Assembly: GCA_030540395.1 (NCBI GenBank) | Contig: JAUNWI010000003.1 | Location: forward strand, 95,295 to 159,294 | Direction: 5' to 3' | DNA length: 64,000 nucleotides | DNA from: Phascolarctobacterium sp. | Lineage (GTDB): Bacteria; Bacillota; Negativicutes; Acidaminococcales; Acidaminococcaceae | Part shown: in pieces, positions 59,703 through 64,000 of the stretch | Layout of the letters: each line of letters opens with the position of its first letter | Numbering within the stretch: position 1 is the stretch's first letter | Notes under the pieces: generated by a model | What the model saw: only the letters and a program-made list of their open reading frames with translations | Told to the model about the DNA's origin: nothing | Database searches by the model: none | Made by a program: the position numbers and the translations under genes

Positions 59703-60688
59703 GCTTCGTTATGCTTAAAAAGCTTGAACAGATAGCAGCAGGCCAGGCATAAGCAAACGACCAAGGCGCTGCCAAAGAGTCCGGAAAAGATGGTACCCCA
59801 GGCGGATTCGGAGCCCGGGAAAGCATAATCCGGCAAGAGGGCTGTCAGCTCCTGCAGCTGAGCCGCCGCTGCGTGCCACAGGCCGTTGCCCTCTAGCTCT
59901 GCCGTGCCGGCAATTTTTTCCAAGGACCACTCCAAGCCGTCGGGATTTTCGGAAGCGACAAGGGAAAGACCGCCACCGGCAATGGCTGTGGCACCTGCCA
60001 AAACGGCGAGGGTTTGGGCGAAGCTGTAGTGGCCGCTAGCAGCGCCGCTGTGGCCCGCCAAAAGCTCCGGACGGGCCTGATAAATAAAGAGCAGTACGGA
60101 GGCGATAATAGCACCCTCTACCGCACCAATAGCCAAATGAATGCCCTGCATGGTAAGGGCAAAGGCACTAAAGGGCAGCTCTGTAATGCCGGAAGCAGTG
60201 GTTTCCAAAACCACGCTGAAGGCACCCAGCTGCAGGGTGAAGATGGAACCAAGCATAGAAGCCACAATAATGTGCATTTTGCTCACGCCATGGCGCAAAA
60301 GGGGCTGCCAAATTAAAAGTCCGCCCACAAAGCAGCCATAAAAGGCCATATTCCAAATATTGCAGCCTAAGGCCAAAAGCCCGCCATCCGCAAAGAGCAG
60401 GCATTGGATGGCTAAAATGCCAATCATGGTTAAAAAGGCGGCTTGGGGTCCCAGCAGCGCCGCCAGCAGCATGCTACCGCACAAATGGCCGCTGGAGCCG
60501 GTGCCGGGAATAGTAAAATTAAGCATTTGAGAAGCAAAAACAAAGGCCCCCATAATACCCATCAAGGGAATTTTGCGGGGATTGTTTTCCTCCCGCACTT
60601 TTTTAATAGAATAAGCAGCCACCACGGCGCTGGCAGTGTACATGGTCAGAGCCACGCCGGGGCTTACTAAAGCATCAGCCATATGCAT
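59699..60688 (-). CDS. cbiM: CbiM/NikM-type S component fused to a PDGLE domain
   Basis: N-terminal MHMAD after GGAGG; SSGH, QCLLFADGG, C-terminal NPDGLEW. Confidence 0.85.
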   Translation of the reverse strand: MHMADALVSPGVALTMYTASAVVAAYSIKKVREENNPRKIPLMGIMGAFVFASQMLNFTIPGTGSSGHLCGSMLLAALLGPQAAFLTMIGILAIQCLLFADGGLLALGCNIWNMAFYGCFVGGLLIWQPLLRHGVSKMHIIVASMLGSIFTLQLGAFSVVLETTASGITELPFSAFALTMQGIHLAIGAVEGAIIASVLLFIYQARPELLAGHSGAASGHYSFAQTLAVLAGATAIAGGGLSLVASENPDGLEWSLEKIAGTAELEGNGLWHAAAAQLQELTALLPDYAFPGSESAWGTIFSGLFGSALVVCLCLACCYLFKLFKHNEA

Positions 60689-60882
60689 TGTAAAGTACCT
60701 CCAAAAGAAAAGCATCGTTTTGTATATTATACCATGTAAAGTCCACTTCAAGTCAACGGTGATGGGAAATGCTTGTGAAAAGTGGCTTGCTTGCTTGTGG
60801 AGAAAGGCTTATAATATAAAAAGGTACGGAATTAGCTAATGACAAAGTATGTTTTCTGTGCCATTAAAGGAGGATTTTGCCG

Positions 60883-61299
60883 ATGAAAAAGATAGTAATG
60901 CTGCTGGTTATGCTGCTGACATTGGGCTTGAGTGCTGTGTGCAGTGCTGCCAGCGGCAAGATTTTGGATGCCGAGGAAGCTATTGTTGCTAAATTTATGG
61001 AGGGCAATTACAAGGCCATCAGCCCTTCCATCAGTGCTGAAATGCAAAAGAATTTTACGGAATCCGCCTATGCCAATTTCCATGCCCAACTGGCTACGGA
61101 TTTTGGTAAGGTGACCACCAACAAGCTGCGCGTGGTGGAAAAATTTGATGATGCGGATGTGCTGACCTACCAAATTATTGCGGAAAAGGTGCCCGCTGCC
61201 CGTTTTGTATATGTTTTCGTGCTGAACGGCGAAAAGCCCCTGCTCAACGATTTGAAGGTGCTGCTGCCGAAGCCCCAACAAGAAGCTGCCGGAAAATAA
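60883..61299 (+). CDS. Secreted DUF3887-like protein
   Basis: AAGGAGG RBS; signal peptide; F..GNY...S..M......Y......L...FG pattern. Confidence 0.65.
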   Translation: MKKIVMLLVMLLTLGLSAVCSAASGKILDAEEAIVAKFMEGNYKAISPSISAEMQKNFTESAYANFHAQLATDFGKVTTNKLRVVEKFDDADVLTYQIIAEKVPAARFVYVFVLNGEKPLLNDLKVLLPKPQQEAAGK

Positions 61300-61317
61300 T
61301 AACATAGCGTAAGAATT

Positions 61318-61360
61318 AATAAAGCCGTACTACCCACACTGATATGAGTAGTACGGCTTT
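61318..61360. repeat. 43-bp hairpin repeat, copy 2 (inverted)
   Basis: Exact reverse complement of 57928-57970. Confidence 0.92.
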
Positions 61361-61445
61361 AAATTTGTGATTATTATTTAGTCAGCAAGCAAGAGGCAGT
61401 CCCTAGCTTCCACTCTTATTTTAAGGCGTTAACTAGCCTTCGCTC

Positions 61446-62645
61446 TTACTTCAGGCCATTAACAATGCGTTCCATAGCCTCGATGGTATTTTCCCGGCTG
61501 CCAAAAGCGGTCAGGCGGAAATAACCCTCGCCCTTAGCACCAAAGCCAGCACCCGGAGTGCCAACGATTTGCAGCTTTTCGAGCAGGAAATCGAAGAATT
61601 CCCAGCTGGTCATGCCATTGGGGCATTGCAGCCAAATGTACGGAGAATGCACGCCGCCATAATATTTGATGCCGGTCTTGTCAAAGCCCTCCATCATAAT
61701 GCGGGCATTTTCCTGGTAATAAGCGATGTTTTCGCGGCATTCCTTTACTCCTTGGGGGCTGTAAGCAGCCTCAGCGCCACGTTGCACGATGTAGGGCACA
61801 CCGTTGAACTTGGTGGTTTGGCGACGCAGCCACATCTTGTTCAGCTCCAGCTCGCGGCCATCGGTGGTTTTGCGCACCAGTGCCTTGGGCACAACGGTGT
61901 AGCCGCAGCGGGTGCCGGTAAAGCCACAGGTTTTGGACATGGAGCACAGCTCGATGGCGCATTTTTTAGCATCCTCGATAACGAAAATGCTGCGGGGAAT
62001 AGCAGGATCAGCTACGAATGCTTCATAAGCAGCATCGTAGAGGATAACTGCGTCATTTTTCAGAGCATAAGCAACCCATTTTTCCAGCTGCTCCTTGGTA
62101 TAAGCTGCGCCGGTGGGGTTGTTAGGAGAGCACAGATAGATAACATCTGCCTTTACATTGTCATCGGGCATGGGCAGAAAATCGTTCTCCGGGCCACCAG
62201 CCATGAAGACAATCTTGCGGCCGCACATAATATTAGTGTCCAGATATACGGGATATACCGGGTCCGGAACCAAAATAGTGTTGGCGTTGCTAAAGATATC
62301 GGTGATATTGCCACAGTCGCTCTTAGCACCATCGCTGATGAAAATTTCATCGCTGTCCAAGGTTACGCCAAAGGTAGCATAATATTTTACCAGCGCATCA
62401 TGCAGGAAATCATAGCCCTGCTCCGGGCCATAGCCACGGAAGGTTTCTTGTACGCCCATTTCGGCAACTGCCTTGGTCATCGCCTCTACTACGCAGGGTG
62501 CCAGGGGACGGGTTACATCACCAATGCCCAAGCGAATAATCTTTTTTTCGGGATGAGCTGCTGCATAAGCACTTACCTTGTGGGCAATATCCGCGAAGAG
62601 ATAGGATTCCTTCAGATTGCAATAATTTTCGTTTACAAAAGCCAT
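61446..62645 (-). CDS. dapL: LL-diaminopimelate aminotransferase
   Basis: IIRLGIGDVT.PL, GYGPEQGY, SDGAKSD, CSPNNPTG, S.SKT.GFTG.RCG, GEGYFRLTAFG. Confidence 0.96.
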   Translation of the reverse strand: MAFVNENYCNLKESYLFADIAHKVSAYAAAHPEKKIIRLGIGDVTRPLAPCVVEAMTKAVAEMGVQETFRGYGPEQGYDFLHDALVKYYATFGVTLDSDEIFISDGAKSDCGNITDIFSNANTILVPDPVYPVYLDTNIMCGRKIVFMAGGPENDFLPMPDDNVKADVIYLCSPNNPTGAAYTKEQLEKWVAYALKNDAVILYDAAYEAFVADPAIPRSIFVIEDAKKCAIELCSMSKTCGFTGTRCGYTVVPKALVRKTTDGRELELNKMWLRRQTTKFNGVPYIVQRGAEAAYSPQGVKECRENIAYYQENARIMMEGFDKTGIKYYGGVHSPYIWLQCPNGMTSWEFFDFLLEKLQIVGTPGAGFGAKGEGYFRLTAFGSRENTIEAMERIVNGLK

Positions 62646-62695
62646 TTTAATAAACCCCCATTTGAAATAAAAGTATAATATATTTATATTTTCTT

Positions 62696-62796
62696 AAACG
62701 TGTTAGAAGGTACCAGATGCGCGAAAGAACGACGACGGCGTACTAGTAGTACGTCTAGGAGCTCTGACAAAGCAGATGGTGCCTTATAGCACGTTT
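62696..62796. repeat. 101-bp palindromic (MITE/REP-like) element between dapF and dapL
   Basis: 25-bp imperfect terminal inverted repeats with an internal GTACTA-G-TAGTAC hairpin. Confidence 0.7.
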
Positions 62797-63683
62797 TATT
62801 TAACTTCGTCCGGTACTTCCACAGTGCCTACAAAAGCTTCCACTGCCGGACCTTCTAAATACACATGGTCGTCCTTGGCATGGGTAACCTGCAAAGTACC
62901 ACCCTTGGCAATAACAGTCAGAGGCTCGCCCTTCTTGCCGGCGCGACCCAACATGATGCAGGCCACAGCCACTGCGCTAGCACCGGTGCCACAGGCCCAG
63001 GTCTCGCCGCTGCCGCGCTCCCACACGCGGAACTTAACAGTGTTCTTATCGATAACCTGCACAAACTCGGTGTTCACGCCCTCGGGGAACAGCTTGTGAT
63101 GCTCAAATTGCGGTCCCAATTCTTCCAAATTCAAAGCATCCACATCGTCCACAAAGGTTACAAAGTGCGGATTGCCCATGGAAATAGCGGTGCCATTGAA
63201 CACTACCTTTTCCTTGGTCACATCATCATGCATATCATCCAAAACCAAGCCTTGGTCCACAAAAATATAGTGGTCACAATTCATCGGAATTTCCGTAGCC
63301 TTAAAAACGGGTTTACCCATATCCACCTTAGCAGACACAACCTTTCCCTCCTCCACTTGCATTTCCACAGTTTTGATGCCGGACAAGGTTTCGATGGTTA
63401 CAGGGTTCTTGTCCGTCAAACCCTTGTCATAGACAAATTTTGCCACGCAGCGAATGCCGTTGCCGCACATTTTACCTTCGGAGCGGTCAGCATTGAACAT
63501 GCGCATTTTAAAATCAGCAACATCGGATTTGCACACGCAAATCAGTCCGTCACTGCCAATGCTAAAACGACGATGGCTGACGTATTCGGAAATAATTTCC
63601 GGATGTGGCAGCTCTTCCTTAGTGCAGTCCACATATACGTAATCGTTGCCAGCGCCGTGCATTTTCGTAAACTCTATTTTCAT
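62796..63683 (-). CDS. dapF: Diaminopimelate epimerase
   Basis: FTKMHGAGNDY, GSDGLI, MCGNGIRC, SMGNPH, NTEFV, RVWERGSGETWACGTG. Confidence 0.96.
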   Translation of the reverse strand: MKIEFTKMHGAGNDYVYVDCTKEELPHPEIISEYVSHRRFSIGSDGLICVCKSDVADFKMRMFNADRSEGKMCGNGIRCVAKFVYDKGLTDKNPVTIETLSGIKTVEMQVEEGKVVSAKVDMGKPVFKATEIPMNCDHYIFVDQGLVLDDMHDDVTKEKVVFNGTAISMGNPHFVTFVDDVDALNLEELGPQFEHHKLFPEGVNTEFVQVIDKNTVKFRVWERGSGETWACGTGASAVAVACIMLGRAGKKGEPLTVIAKGGTLQVTHAKDDHVYLEGPAVEAFVGTVEVPDEVK

Positions 63684-63819
63684 GGCACTGCCTCCTTTAG
63701 ATTTTATTCATATTATTATAACATATGTCCTGCATTTTTTCATTAGCTTAACACCATTTTTAGCAAAATCCGCTCTCAGAAAAACAGTATGTAACAATCT
63801 TATCTAGGCTCATCCTGCC

Positions 63820-64000
63820 CTATCTCCAATAAGCACCGGTGCGCAGCTTGACATTTTCCTGCAAATTGCGGTAGAAAAACTGGTAATCATAAATATGAAA
63901 AACGCCGGGCGCGAAAATATCTAAAACCGGTGGATAAGCCTGAGCTGTAATCTTACTGTTAATCTTCAGCGTTCCCCGCTCTGCATCCAGCCACGCTCCA
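63820..64000 (-). CDS. 3' end of a CDS entering from the window edge, DUF3089-like C-terminus
   Basis: Minus frame from 63999 reads GAWLDAERGTLK...PGVFHIYDYQFFYRNLQENVKLRTGAYWR*; HIYDYxxFYxNxxxNxxxR recalled as the DUF3089 C-terminal motif. Confidence 0.6.
   Translation of the reverse strand, partial: GAWLDAERGTLKINSKITAQAYPPVLDIFAPGVFHIYDYQFFYRNLQENVKLRTGAYWR

Noticed and set aside
63684-63820. Lysine riboswitch upstream of dapF-dapL
   Set aside because: The gap is only ~135 nt, AT-rich, and lacks L-box motifs

Overview
A 64-kb chromosomal window from a diderm Firmicute. Class Negativicutes, probably Acidaminococcaceae or Phascolarctobacterium-like, is inferred from TonB-dependent receptors and autotransporters sitting among Firmicutes-type housekeeping genes and GGAGG ribosome-binding sites. 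Positions ~960-10020 are AT-rich (hand-counted 60-nt lines 25-32% GC, against 53% for a core line) and carry two TonB-dependent modules. The first is a cobalamin-riboswitch-controlled BtuB/F/C-like uptake operon. The second is a six-gene module I do not recognise as a described system. It comprises a BltR-like MerR regulator and a divergent 19-bp-spacer promoter, followed by a TonB receptor, a NapH-like membrane polyferredoxin, a 64-aa Cys-rich membrane peptide, an anchored periplasmic protein and a CGGC protein. This is my best candidate for an undescribed system. The core stretch holds the TIGR03960/TIGR03936 radical-SAM pair, rodA, mrdA, mreDCB, radC, maf, proBA, obgE, tadA and an ABC-F ATPase. 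Next come two tandem autotransporters (one with a leishmanolysin-like Zn-protease motif set, one lacking it) and a two-component system whose kinase is frameshifted in a T6 run. An RpoD-like sigma factor with a 156-aa insertion follows, outside the usual dnaG context. The rest comprises mntH, an amino-acid ABC transporter, an M20 amidohydrolase/DUF3100 operon, cysE with a GltD-like gene, a CHAD protein, a glyoxalase cluster, mscS, trxB-trxA, cbiMQO and dapF-dapL. Several small palindromic dispersed repeats are present. I saw no tRNA, rRNA, CRISPR array, integrase or transposase. All family assignments come from motif recognition by eye; no database searches were run.
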